A stretch of DNA of 64,000 bases, taken from NCBI GenBank assembly GCA_020891255.1, contig BQFW01000012.1, positions 1,922,001 to 1,986,000 of the forward strand. Direction: 5' to 3'. The notes under the pieces are model-generated. The model saw only the letters and a list, made by a program, of their open reading frames with translations, was not told the origin of the DNA and did not search any database. Shown one piece after another: positions 38,230 through 49,100 of the stretch. Origin of the DNA: Entomortierella parvispora E1425 (Eukaryota > Fungi > Mortierellomycota). Position 1 is the first letter of the stretch; every line of letters starts with the position of its first letter. Both the position numbers and the translations under genes were made by a program.

Positions 38230-39264
38230 GGTGATTTGAGAAGGATCAGATTGGGGGACGAACAAAGAAAGATTCGACCATGCGATGAATGAAGCATGCA
38301 AACATGTGCCGTTGAAAAAGTGGCGCAAAACGTGACTTGCGACGCGTAAAAACTCGAGCGCACATCGATCCTCATAGCAAACACTGTCATCGAAATCACC
38401 ATCACCACTGCCATGATCACCACCACCACCACGCTTGACGAAAGGAAGCTTGTGCCAGAATACAGGTTCCAAGTCACTGGTTCCTAGATTTCGCCTTGAA
38501 ACAGCTTGGATTCAAACGTGCTATGGATGAAAAAAAAGTTATGACAGAAGCTACTTCATCTGTTCGCTCCACGCTGATCAAAGGCCATGCTTCTGTGGAC
38601 AAGCTTTGTTCACGCGTTCTTGGTCTTGTGGAAGAATACCATCGCTTGGTACCATTGAAGGTACATGTCGCCTATTTAAGCAGGATGCTGAGCTGTAGTG
38701 ATCTGTGAATATGAAGCGCAGGTGTTCAAGGAAGAAGAACTTTTAAAACGTGCACGCTCCAACAAACTAAAGGTAGATGTATAGTTCCATGAAAACTGTT
38801 TCTGAAGACAACTCGAAACTTGCTTTCTGCACATTAGTTAACGCCTTGCCCACCGATATACTACGTGCTGTGGCGTCTTTCAGGCTTACACGATGAAGAC
38901 CGCAGAGGCATATCTTTGAAGAGATGACGATTCTTGCTACGCGATCTGACATAATAACTGCTCTCTCGCAATCTCCACAGGCATGCATAAGGGTGATGCT
39001 GCTGTAGCCTTTTTACCGCTTCGCCACTTCAGCAATAGAGATTCCCTCTCGATGATCATCTTTTGAGCGTTTGATATTACCTGTAGACACGCAGCCGTAG
39101 ATTAATAAGTTAGTTTTCATCGAAGAAAAAAATATCGTTCGTGCTTCCGAAAGATAAAAGGAGCGTCCCACTTGTGATGCTGCTGCAGAGTTGCGAAGGA
39201 CACGGAGTGGTCAAAAGGAGCAAGACGAAAAAAAAAAGCTCGTCAAGTAGACGAGCAAAAGAAA

Positions 39265-39336
39265 GGGCCGAACCGGGAATTGAACCCGGGACCTCTCGCA
39301 CCCTAAGCGAGAATTATACCACTAAACCATCCGGCC
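39265..39336 (-). tRNA. tRNA-Pro (AGG)
   Basis: Exact reverse complement of 39489-39560; cloverleaf with CTCGC-TTAGGGT-GCGAG anticodon arm and GGTTCAATTCC T-arm. Confidence 0.97.
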
Positions 39337-39488
39337 AATCAACTTGTTGGGAGAAAAAGATATTAGACATTTATGATTCTGTCAGTGACTAATCACGTGA
39401 CCTCGATATAGTCACGTGACTGATACCTGTCCGTTCTGGAACTTGCCTTTATAGATGATTTCCCAAAAAATCTTCCATCAAGTTGATT

Positions 39489-39560
39489 GGCCGGATGGTT
39501 TAGTGGTATAATTCTCGCTTAGGGTGCGAGAGGTCCCGGGTTCAATTCCCGGTTCGGCCC
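39489..39560 (+). tRNA. tRNA-Pro (AGG)
   Basis: 72-nt intronless cloverleaf GGCCGGATGG...TTCGGCCC with anticodon AGG; T-runs downstream. Confidence 0.97.
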
Positions 39561-39597
39561 TTTCTTTTGCTCGTCTACTTGACGAGCTTTTTTTTTT
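39561..39597 (+). terminator. Pol III T-tracts with an intervening GCTCGTC-tactt-GACGAGC hairpin
   Basis: TTTCTTTT, a 7-bp perfect hairpin, then T10; mirrored on the other arm. Confidence 0.6.
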
Positions 39598-39735
39598 GGG
39601 TTTATCTATTTGACAACCCAGGTTGTTCGTTTTACCTGACAACCCACTCTATATTTGGTTAGTCTCGTTTTTTATTCGGCAACCCACCTGTCATTCCTCA
39701 ATTGACAACCCAGGTTGCCAAACAAACGTTTATTT

Positions 39736-42700
39736 TTATGAGTGCTGTCTAGAATTGTGACCTTCCCCGCTGCACACTCCACACTTCGTTGATTTTTTTT
39801 TTGTCTCCATGCTACTCTTTATCCGAGAAGTCCTCGGTCTGCCCTTCGTCTTTGTATAGTGAGGATCCTTCATACCTTCTTCGCCTGCCCCCCTCACAAT
39901 GACACGGTTTAGGCCATCTTTAACTGTTTCGAATACTTCTGGATTGGAGTTCACGGTGTCCATGATATTCTTCATCAGGCCAGATATCTCTCCAATGCGG
40001 CGTTTTTTGGAAAGGTTGCGTTTATCAACCCCCGACAGGGATGGCACTGAGGGGAAAACCTTCATGATATCGCTCATGAAAGAAGAAGCAGGCTCTCCCT
40101 CTGCACTCCCCACCTGAGCGACCGTCTTCTGCGTTTTTGCGCTCAAAAACGCCCCTGAGAGATCAAGATCTGTTAGGTCCTGCAGTTCTTCTTTAAACCA
40201 CCGCATCGGAATAAGCCTGACATGATACTTGCATCTGTCACTAACTTGCATCAGATGGAAATAGTGTCGACATACAAATCCGCTGTTTTGGAGGAGGAGG
40301 CAAGTACAAATGTACGAGCCATCAGCCAGTAAAAGTATGTGCTGAAGTGACTTTCGCTCCGTGTCCAAGCGGAACGTCACGTCGAAGATTTGTACAATTC
40401 GATCAGAACCAACGATTGTCTGGATGGACTGGAGAGAGCTCATTTCGCGATCGTCTTTTGACGATCTCTCAATCTAAGGACAAAGAGAAGAATAACGGCT
40501 TAGTACCTCTATCTGGTCTTAGGATTGCGCTTGGGTATTGGAATGATGTACAAGTACTTACTTCCTCGAAATCACCTCCTTCGATTGATCGTGGAGCACA
40601 GGCGTCTATACCTGTGTGTGGATTGGACTGATACAAAACAGAGCGCGACATCTCTAACTTCATCTGACTTTTTGCTGCGATGCCAAGATAGCGATTGTTT
40701 GCATCGATAACATCGGCAAACATTTGCTGAACAAACGTCGACGTTGCGGGATCAACCGTTGTATCCGTCTTGTAGAGAATATACTTTGAAGTCTGGGCTT
40801 CATTTGATAGCTTCTTTTCAATTGCCTCGAACAGTGCTGGAAGGGACGTCTTGCCATTGACGGCCCTTTTGATGGCCGCATTCATACTCTCCACACGCTG
40901 AGTCGACTGCATTCCGGCGGTAAATCTTGTCCCAACCCAAGGCCAAGCCCAGTGCTCGCGCTTCTCGCTTATCCTTTTCAGGTAACCCTCAATCTTTGGC
41001 TTATCAACACCAAAGACCGCAACATGCTCTGACCATCTACGCTCAAAATCGGAGGCCGTAAGCGCGTTTCGGGTTGTCCAAAAAGCTGATATAAAATCAT
41101 TCCAGTCTTTGCCTAGCGCTCCGTGGAGGTTTTTGTTCAGGTTTTGTCGCAGATGCCAGATACAGTTCAAGACGGTGGTCTTGCTTATAGTTGTGGCACA
41201 AGCGGCCTCCATAGCGGGATCTTCGTCGACGAAAATGATATGAGGATATACGTTGTCGCTTGCCGCCAACAGTTGCTCTAGAATCCACTCATAGTCCTCC
41301 ACTGATTCCCCAGAAACCAATGAACACCCTACCAAACGACTCTTTCCTGCATTGTCGATAATGACTATAACATTAAGAGGCATGCCGAAACGGTTCGTCT
41401 TGTAAGTGTTATCGCTGATGACAACATCGCGGTAGCGTCGGTAGAGGTATCTTTGAGAAGGGCTCATCCAGAACATCCTTCTGAGCCGGCCATTTTCATC
41501 CAGATCGGTAGCAAAGAACCAGTCTTTATCGTTGCGCGTTTTATCCTGTAGAATCTTGTGGAGCTCTGCAGCCTCGGAGCCACCGATGTGAGCACTGTTT
41601 TTTGCTTTCTGGATGGCATTTGCGACTGTCCGAAGATCGAACGCTTTGTCTGGCCATTCATGTTGAAGCATGTAAACAATAAACTTGGGATCACATTTGC
41701 CTGCATGGGTGGTAATAAGCTGGAGCATTTCGGCACTGAGTCGTTTATCACGCTGGTTGGACTCCAGGATGTCGCATTTCTTGAGTTCGTGGCAGTGGTC
41801 TGTGACAAGGGAAGTAATACGCCAACGTGGAAACAACTCCCTTGGAGACCGAACAACGATTTGGCATGGGCAGCACTCGCGGCTGGAGGTGCAATTGCGG
41901 TGCTTATCTGGGTCAACATTCTTTTGCGGAACATGTTTTCCAGCCTTCTTGCAACCAAAAATTACTATTCATCGGCAAACCATACTTGTGTCAAAAAGAA
42001 TTGATCCATAGAGAAAAAAAAACAACCTGCAGATTTTAAGTACCTACCTCGGGGACTTTGGCCATTCATCCTCTTGAGTCTGGACTGCATCCTTCTCAGG
42101 AAAAATCCTTGCTTGCGAGCCCATGCGTGGAGTTTTTTCTTCTAGTTCTTCAAGAGTTTCATGCAACTGGCCGATATAAGGTGTCCACGGCAGGCTGTCA
42201 CCCTCTTCAGCACTGTTGCCTGTGATGGCTATGGCGGCAGCCGCTACCTCTGCCCTGGCCCCACATGAAGAGGGTCCGTCAGCTGCAAGAGCATCACTTG
42301 TAATGGTTACGGCGGCGGCCGCTGCCTCTGCCCTGGCCCCACATGAAGAGGGTCCGACATTTAAGAAAGCATCACTTGTAATGGTCTCCTCTAGAATAGC
42401 CGCATCGGCTACAGCTGTAGTGACCCCATCTTCGGTAGGTATCTCTTCATTGACTGCGACTTTTACAATGGCGTTGTCTGTGATGATTGAGTCAGTTGTA
42501 ACTATGTCCGGATCATTTGCCGACACAATATCGAGATCAGCCACCCTTGCCACCCCTTGGCCTCGAGAAGCATGTGCTGCATGTTCGATCTAGATGAATT
42601 GAGTATTAATCTACGGTGGTCGGACAACGGGGGATTTGTGTCATACGTTACAAACAAGCAAAGATTCACCTTGTTGTAGCCGGTGGCCAGCTTCAAAAGC

Positions 42701-43815
42701 CTCAATCGATGATGTGCAGATCGTTCGTGAGTCCAGAGTTCTATTTCAGGATTCATTCTCCTCTCGACAGCATTGATGGAGTTGACAGCGCACGATCCAC
42801 TGCTAGCTGGTTGCCGTGGGACATCGAGATGCTCGATGTGGCTGCTCCAACGATCTATATCAAGCCCACAGCATCTTATCCATTGTCGTATCGCTTGACA
42901 GGCCTCACGAGGTGTGGGATAAGAGAGGGAATCCCCAAATGAGATCTGACATTTAACGAAATCGACCTCGATCGCACCCCAATGAGATGGCATATAAACA
43001 ATCGAGAATGCCTTTTCAACTCGCCCGCTTCGGAGCTCGTCCCTTTTCCATTCCAGGTATAGATTCTTTCGCCAGTTGTTGAGTTGAGTAGGTGTGATCA
43101 AAAGGTATCGATTGCTTGCCCCATACGACTCGGCAAAGAGCTGCAACACCGTGCGCACGACCTCGTCATTAATGAAGCACTCCTTCATGAGACAAAACGC
43201 GTTTCCAATGGCCAATGGCGCCTCAGAAGTTGGCTGAAACTCCCAATGGATGATGCCTGAGGTATTGGAAATTAGGTCGCGGATCCAATCGGCAAAGTTG
43301 CGATCCGAGACGGCATCGATCCAGTTAAACATCTCCATCGCTTGAATGATGAAAGTGTGCGTCTGCACCGCGCCGAGTAAGATTTTGACCGAGGCATGCG
43401 AGAAATCTCCAACGCCATGGATGCGAATGCCCCACGCCTTTTGAGACACTGACGCACCAACTATAAATAAACATATTGTAACTGTGCTGGTCAGGAGTTT
43501 TGCCAATTGACACCTAAACGAAAAGAGCAGCCGATGTTTTCTCTTATTGAACCTACGCAGCATTTCGTTGGCCTTCATAACAACATCTTGCGAAGGTAGC
43601 GTTTTGAGAATTGCAACTCTGGCTTCGAATATTCTCTCTTTGGGCGGTGGCAGCTCATATATGACCTCGACCTCGGTACAAGTTTTAGTAATCGGAAGGG
43701 GGATTTTCAGCAGTGCCTTGCCAGTTTGTAGCCTTTGCCAGTATTGGCTGTACATCACTTTCGATTCTTTCGACGTCCCTGGGTCGTCCACAAGATGATT
43801 AACAGCTGACGACAT
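39736..43815 (-). CDS. Ulp1-like protease fused to FAR1-MULE DDE-SWIM-zinc knuckle transposase; exons 43815-42670, 42589-42048, 41964-40562, 40473-39736; one extra base in T6 at 42133-42138
   Basis: C48 motifs HWGAIEVDF, FGDSL and PRQPASSGSC; FAR1-type AWARKQGF and CPC..W..HCH; DDE motifs DNTYKTN, FVDEDPAM, CIWH and QRVESMN; SWIM CTC..CRH; CGVCSGEGH. Three GT-AG introns give 1275 aa if one A is removed. Confidence 0.8.
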
Positions 43816-44071
43816 CCTATATTTTTTTTAAATGCCAAAATAGACTGTATCAGCAAAACGCTCCAAAGAACTTCAGTAGGTACGAGACAGACAACAAACC
43901 CCGTACAGAGAAGTATGGCTCGGCTGAGGTTATAAGATTCTTGTGAATCTTCGTCGGTGCCTACTGCCGTAGCTTTATATCAGAAGTTCCAACGTTTCAT
44001 TGTCTCCGCTTCGAGTAGAGTAACTCAAAACCCCGAACACTATTTGCAGTCTATGTGTATATACCATATAT

Positions 44072-47000
44072 GTACCATAGTCGGCCAAAAAAAAAAAAAG
44101 ATCCATTTTGCCTTCTGTATGCATGCAATTGACAGGCATCCTCTAAGTCATGGAGGGTGATAGTCCAGTGAGCTCTGACCTTGTCCGGTCCGGAAGACTG
44201 GAGCGGGTATCAGCCGTGTTTCTTTCCTCTGGTATTGATCTACCCCCGGTCAACCCTCAGTCAAAAAAAAAAAAAAAAAACCTCTGCATGCAAGAGTAGA
44301 CCATTCCTAATTGGGACTTCTGGCGACTCGCAAGGACTCGCAAGACGGTATGTGTACCATGGTCGGCCAAAAGAAAAAAAAAAGTGCATTTTGCCTTCTG
44401 TATGCATGCAATTGACAGACATCCCCTAGGTCATAGAGGGTGATAGTCCAGTGGGCTCTGACCTTGTCCGGTCCGGAAGACTGGAGCGGGTATCAGCTGT
44501 GTTTCTTTCCTCTTGTATTGATCTACCCCCGGTCAACCCTCGGTCAAATAAAAAAAAATCCTCTGCATGCAAGAGTAGACCATTCCTAATTGGGACTTCT
44601 GGCGACTCGCAAGGACTCGCAAGACGGTACGTGTACCATGATCGGCCAAAAGAAAAAAAAAAGTGCATTTTGCCTTCTGTATGCATGCAATTGACAGACA
44701 TCCCCTAGGTCATAGAGGGTGATAGTCCAGTGGGCTCTGACCTTGTCCGGTCCGGAAGACTGGAGCGGGTATCAGCTGTGTTTTCTTTCCTCTTGTATTG
44801 ATCTACCCCCGGTCAACCCTCGGTCAAATAAAAAAAAAAAGCCTTTGCATGCAACAGTAGACCATTCCTAATTGGGACTTCTGGCGACTCGCAAGGACTC
44901 GCAAGACGGTATGTGTACCATGGTCGGCCAAAAGAAAAAAAAAAGTGCATTTTGCCTTCTGTATGCATGCAATTGACAGGCATCCTCTAAGTCATGGAGG
45001 GTGATAGTCCAGTGAGCTCTGACCTTGTCCGGTCCGGAAGACTGGAGCGGGTATCAGCCGTGTTTCTTTCCTCTGGTATTGATCTACCCCCGGTCAACCC
45101 TCAGTCAAAAAAAAAAAAAAAAAAACCTCTGCATGCAAGAGTAGACCATTCCTAATTGGGACTTCTGGCGACTCGCAAGGACTCGCAAGACGGTATGTGT
45201 ACCATGATCGGCCAAAAGAAAAAAAAAAGTGCATTTTGCCTTCTGTATGCATGCAATTGACAGGCATCCCCTAGGTCATAGAGGATGATAGTCCAGTGAG
45301 CTCTGACCTTGTCCGGTCCGGAAGACTGGAGCGGGTATCAGCTGTGTTTCTTTCCTCTTGTATTGATCTACCCCCGGTCAACCCTCGGTCAAATAAAAAA
45401 AAATCCTCTGCATGCAAGAGTAGACCATTCCTAATTGGGACTTCTGGCGACTCGCAAGGACTCGCAAGACGGTACGTGTACCATGATCGGCCAAAAGAAA
45501 AAAAAAAGTGCATTTTGCCTTCTGTATGCATGCAATTGACAGACATCCCCTAGGTCATAGAGGGTGATAGTCCAGTGGGCTCTGACCTTGTCCGGTCCGG
45601 AAGACTGGAGCGGGTATCAGCCGTGTTTCTTTCCTCTGGTATTGATCTACCCCCGGTCAACCCTCAGTCAAAAAAAAAAAAAAAAAAACCTCTGCATGCA
45701 AGAGTAGACCATTCCTAATTGGGACTTCTGGCGACTCGCAAGGACTCGCAAGACGGTATGTGTACCATGATCGGCCAAAAGAAAAAAAAAAGTGCATTTT
45801 GCCTTCTGTATGCATGCAATTGACAGGCATCCCCTAGGTCATAGAGGATGATAGTCCAGTGAGCTCTGACCTTGTCCGGTCCGGAAGACTGGAGCGGGTA
45901 TCAGCTGTGTTTCTTTCCTCTTGTATTGATCTACCCCCGGTCAACCCTCGGTCAAATAAAAAAAAAAAGCCTTTGCATGCAACAGTAGACCATTCCTAAT
46001 TGGGACTTCTGGCGACTCGCAAGGACTCGCAAGACGGTATGTGTACCATGGTCGGCCAAAAGAAAAAAAAAAGTGCATTTTGCCTTCTGTATGCATGCAA
46101 TTGACAGGCATCCTCTAAGTCATGGAGGGTGATAGTCCAGTGAGCTCTGACCTTGTCCGGTCCGGAAGACTGGAGCGGGTATCAGCCGTGTTTCTTTCCT
46201 CTGGTATTGATCTACCCCCGGTCAACCCTCGGTCAAAAAAAAAAAAAAAAAGCCTCTGCATGCAAGAGTAGACCATTCCTAATTGGGACTTCTGGCGACT
46301 CGCAAGGACTCGCAAGACGGTATGTGTACCATGATCGGCCAAAAGAAAAAAAAAAGTGCATTTTGCCTTCTGTATGCATGCAATTGGCAGACATCCCCTA
46401 GGTCATAGAGGATGATAGTCCAGTGAGCTCTGACCTTGTCCGGTCCGGAAGACTGGAGCGGGTATCAGCTGTGTTTCTTTCCTCTTGTATTGATCTACCC
46501 CCGGTCAACCCTCGGTCAAATAAAAAAAAATCCTCTGCATGCAAGAGTAGACCATTCCTAATTGGGACTTCTGGCGACTCGCAAGGACTCGCAAGACGGT
46601 ACGTGTACCATGATCGGCCAAAAGAAAAAAAAAAGTGCATTTTGCCTTCTGTATGCATGCAATTGACAGACATCCCCTAGGTCATAGAGGGTGACAGTCC
46701 AGTGGGCTCTGACCTTGTCCGGTCCGGAAGACTGGAGCGGGTATCAGCTGTGTTTCTTTCCTCTTGTATTGATCTACCCCCGGTCAACCCTCGGTCAAAT
46801 AAAAAAAAAAAATCCTTTGCATGCAACAGTAGACCATTCCTAATTGGGACTTCTGGCGACTCGCAAGGACTCGCAAGACGGTACGTGTACCATGGTCGGC
46901 CAAAAGAAAAAAAAAGATACATTTTGCCTTCTGTATGCATGCAATTGACAGACATCCCCTCGGTCATAGAGGATGATAGTCCAGTGGGCTCTGACCTTGT

Positions 47001-47259
47001 CTGGATCAGAAGACTGGAGCGGGTATCAGCTGTGTTTCTTTCCTCTTGTATTGATCTACCCCCGGTCAACCCTCGGTCAAATAAAAAAAAAGCCTTTGCA
47101 TGCAACAGTAGACCATTCCTAATTGGGACTTCTGGCGACTCGCAAGGACTCGCAAGACGGTACGTGTACCATGGTCGGCCAAAAGAAAAAAAGATACATT
47201 TTGCCCTCTGTATGCATGCCATTGACAGACATCCCCTAGGTCATAGAGGATGATGGTCC
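44072..47259. repeat. Tandem array of ~281-bp units (11 complete plus a partial twelfth) inside the MULE
   Basis: GTACCAT anchors at 44072, 44354, 44633, 44915, 45199, 45478, 45762, 46043, 46326, 46605, 46887 and 47166; units differ by SNPs and A-run lengths. Confidence 0.97.
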
Positions 47260-47411
47260 GACATGTTCTTCTGGTTCGAAACAAAGGGACTGACTCGACT
47301 GACTCGTACATCCAGGCTTCTTGTGTCAGCAACTCCCACATGTATAAATATGTGTACTTGCGGCATCCAGTTCTGTATCTTGTCCTCCTCATCGTTCTCA
47401 CCTCTTCCAAC

Positions 47412-48264
47412 ATGCCTCGTGGTGCTTGCACTTACGGCTATTGCGCGCTAGGTCTCCTCCCCCCTGCCGAACCCAAGACCAAAAATCAGAAGAACCATGT
47501 TGCAGGGTATCACGTCGACAACCCCATCAAGTTCATGTGCGGGTACACTGATCGACAAGTCACCTTTAGTCGAATTCCCACAAAACACATGGATTTCGTC
47601 TGCTACTGTGGCCTGACGTTCACCCTTAACTCTTCGATCCATCGCCATTACCATTACTGTGCCGTTGCCAGGGACGCCGCCCTAAATGCAATCGCACATC
47701 CACCTCCTCCTGGTGCAGGTGGTGCAGGCGATGGCAATGGCGTTATTGTTGCGCCGGCGCCTCCTTCAACGGCCCTGGTGGTAGCGGAGCGCAGCGTCGG
47801 GGAGCATTCTGGAGGAAAAGTTGATTGAGCAACATCAAGCCTTCCTGGAGACGTTCACAGGACAGAGCGCGAAGCTCGTCGAGAGCATGACCCAGTCTCA
47901 GTTGTCGTTTCTGAACACCTTCACCGCTTCGTATGCTGAACAAGCTGTGGCACATCAGCGCAGCATCGCTGAACATAACCGCTTGGCCTTAGAGGAGCAG
48001 CGCACGGCCCTCGAGGAGCAGCGAGCTGCCATTGAGATGCAGCGAGCAGCTGTTGAGGAACAGAGAGTGTTCTACAATCGCCATCAAAACAATCAAGCAG
48101 AGATAATGGCCGAGCAGAAGCTTACAAGGGACGAGGTTAGAAACCTCATGTCACTCAAGCGCGATCGATCTTTCACGTTGGAAGTCAGCGAGCGAGCACT
48201 CAAAGGCCTTCAGAGTGACCCATCTTACATGGTCAGCCCCTGCCAGGACGACGAGGACATGTGA
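47412..48264 (+). CDS. MULE accessory gene: Cys/His motifs, Gly/Pro linker, coiled coil; apparent 1-bp frameshift near G4 at 47799-47802
   Basis: C-x4-C..H-x4-H and CYCG..HRHYHYC motifs in ORF 47250-47828. Removing one G joins SVG to SILEEKL-IEQHQAF of the helical ORF 47821-48264. Confidence 0.55.
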
Positions 48265-48512
48265 AAGACAGATAGTGCGCAATCCCACGTCGACGAAGTG
48301 TAACAGGTTATGTTCGCAATTATTCAATAAAAATATTCTTGCGAAATATCTTCTGATGCTATGGCGGACGAGGTGGACTTTTTTTTTTTTTACATATTAT
48401 TTGCTATGTCGAGACAGTGAAGCGAAGTGCGAGAACAAACTACTAACAATGAAGCCCGAATCCCCGCGCAACAAATGCCACGACTCATCGCTGTTTAATA
48501 AAGAATAAAATG

Positions 48513-49100
48513 TTACAAAAGTGTCGATATATGAACCTGGCCACGCACACCAGCCAGTAAGCGCTGGTCTGCCAGCTTAAGGTCATCTTGGGCATCTGGG
48601 CAACGGCCTTGGTGGTGGCCGGAGTGAGGTTTACCGCATTGGCAGGTGTCTGGTGGTAAGATCGTAGCAAATGCATTGTTCCAAGGTTGGCCTCGCTGTG
48701 CTTGCTTCTTCATCTTGGAGCGGATGCCTTGAGTCTTCTCCCAGGCAATAGTAACCTCGCCGCGTGTCTTCCGGATACGTGCAAGAGTATCCCTATCCTG
48801 ACGACGGATAAGTTGATGAGCAACTGCGACCACGACCGAGTGAGGGCCTTTAATAATTGGAGTCCAGGCCTTGATCGAAGCGCAGTGTAACACTCCTTGG
48901 TAGGCAGTGACGACCGACTGAGCCGATGCCAACGGGGCTGGTGCCAACGGGCTGGTGATCTGTCCCCTCACAGGAGGACAGGTCGTTGGCGAGTCATGGA
49001 AGGCAGAGTACAATGATGTCCACAAAGCCGTGTCCGATGGCTGGTACCATGGAGGCGGTTTCGGGCGGCAACTTCGGGTTTGCGGGCTTGTTGCGAACGA
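48513..49100 (-). CDS. Possible third MULE gene with a C-x-C-x7-H-x4-C motif; start unresolved
   Basis: Open frame ending ..DTCQCGKPHSGHHQGRCPDAQ..; no clear in-frame ATG inside the TIR. Confidence 0.3.
   Translation of the reverse strand, partial: SFATSPQTRSCRPKPPPWYQPSDTALWTSLYSAFHDSPTTCPPVRGQITSPLAPAPLASAQSVVTAYQGVLHCASIKAWTPIIKGPHSVVVAVAHQLIRRQDRDTLARIRKTRGEVTIAWEKTQGIRSKMKKQAQRGQPWNNAFATILPPDTCQCGKPHSGHHQGRCPDAQDDLKLADQRLLAGVRGQVHISTLL

Larger units (their letters stand above)
39199..39597. repeat. Inverted duplication with ~148-bp arms, each holding tRNA-Pro; the right arm continues at 49208-49245 beyond the transposon
   Basis: The reverse complement of 39199-39346 equals 39479-39597 plus 49217-49245. 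Confidence 0.92.

Noticed and set aside
38470-39100. Short ORF ([10 protein letters not shown]...) between PsuG-K and the tRNAs
   Set aside because: No ATG-supported or splice-supported gene model and no recognisable motif.
44072-47259. CRISPR-like or guide-RNA array; repeated ORFs in the array
   Set aside because: Units are near-identical along their whole length with no unique spacers, and no Cas/TnpB/Fanzor RuvC motifs are nearby. The ORFs vary with A-run length and are repeat by-products.
44072-47259. 5S rRNA or tRNA-derived tandem genes
   Set aside because: No 5S sequence similarity, no cloverleaf, and no convincing A/B boxes.
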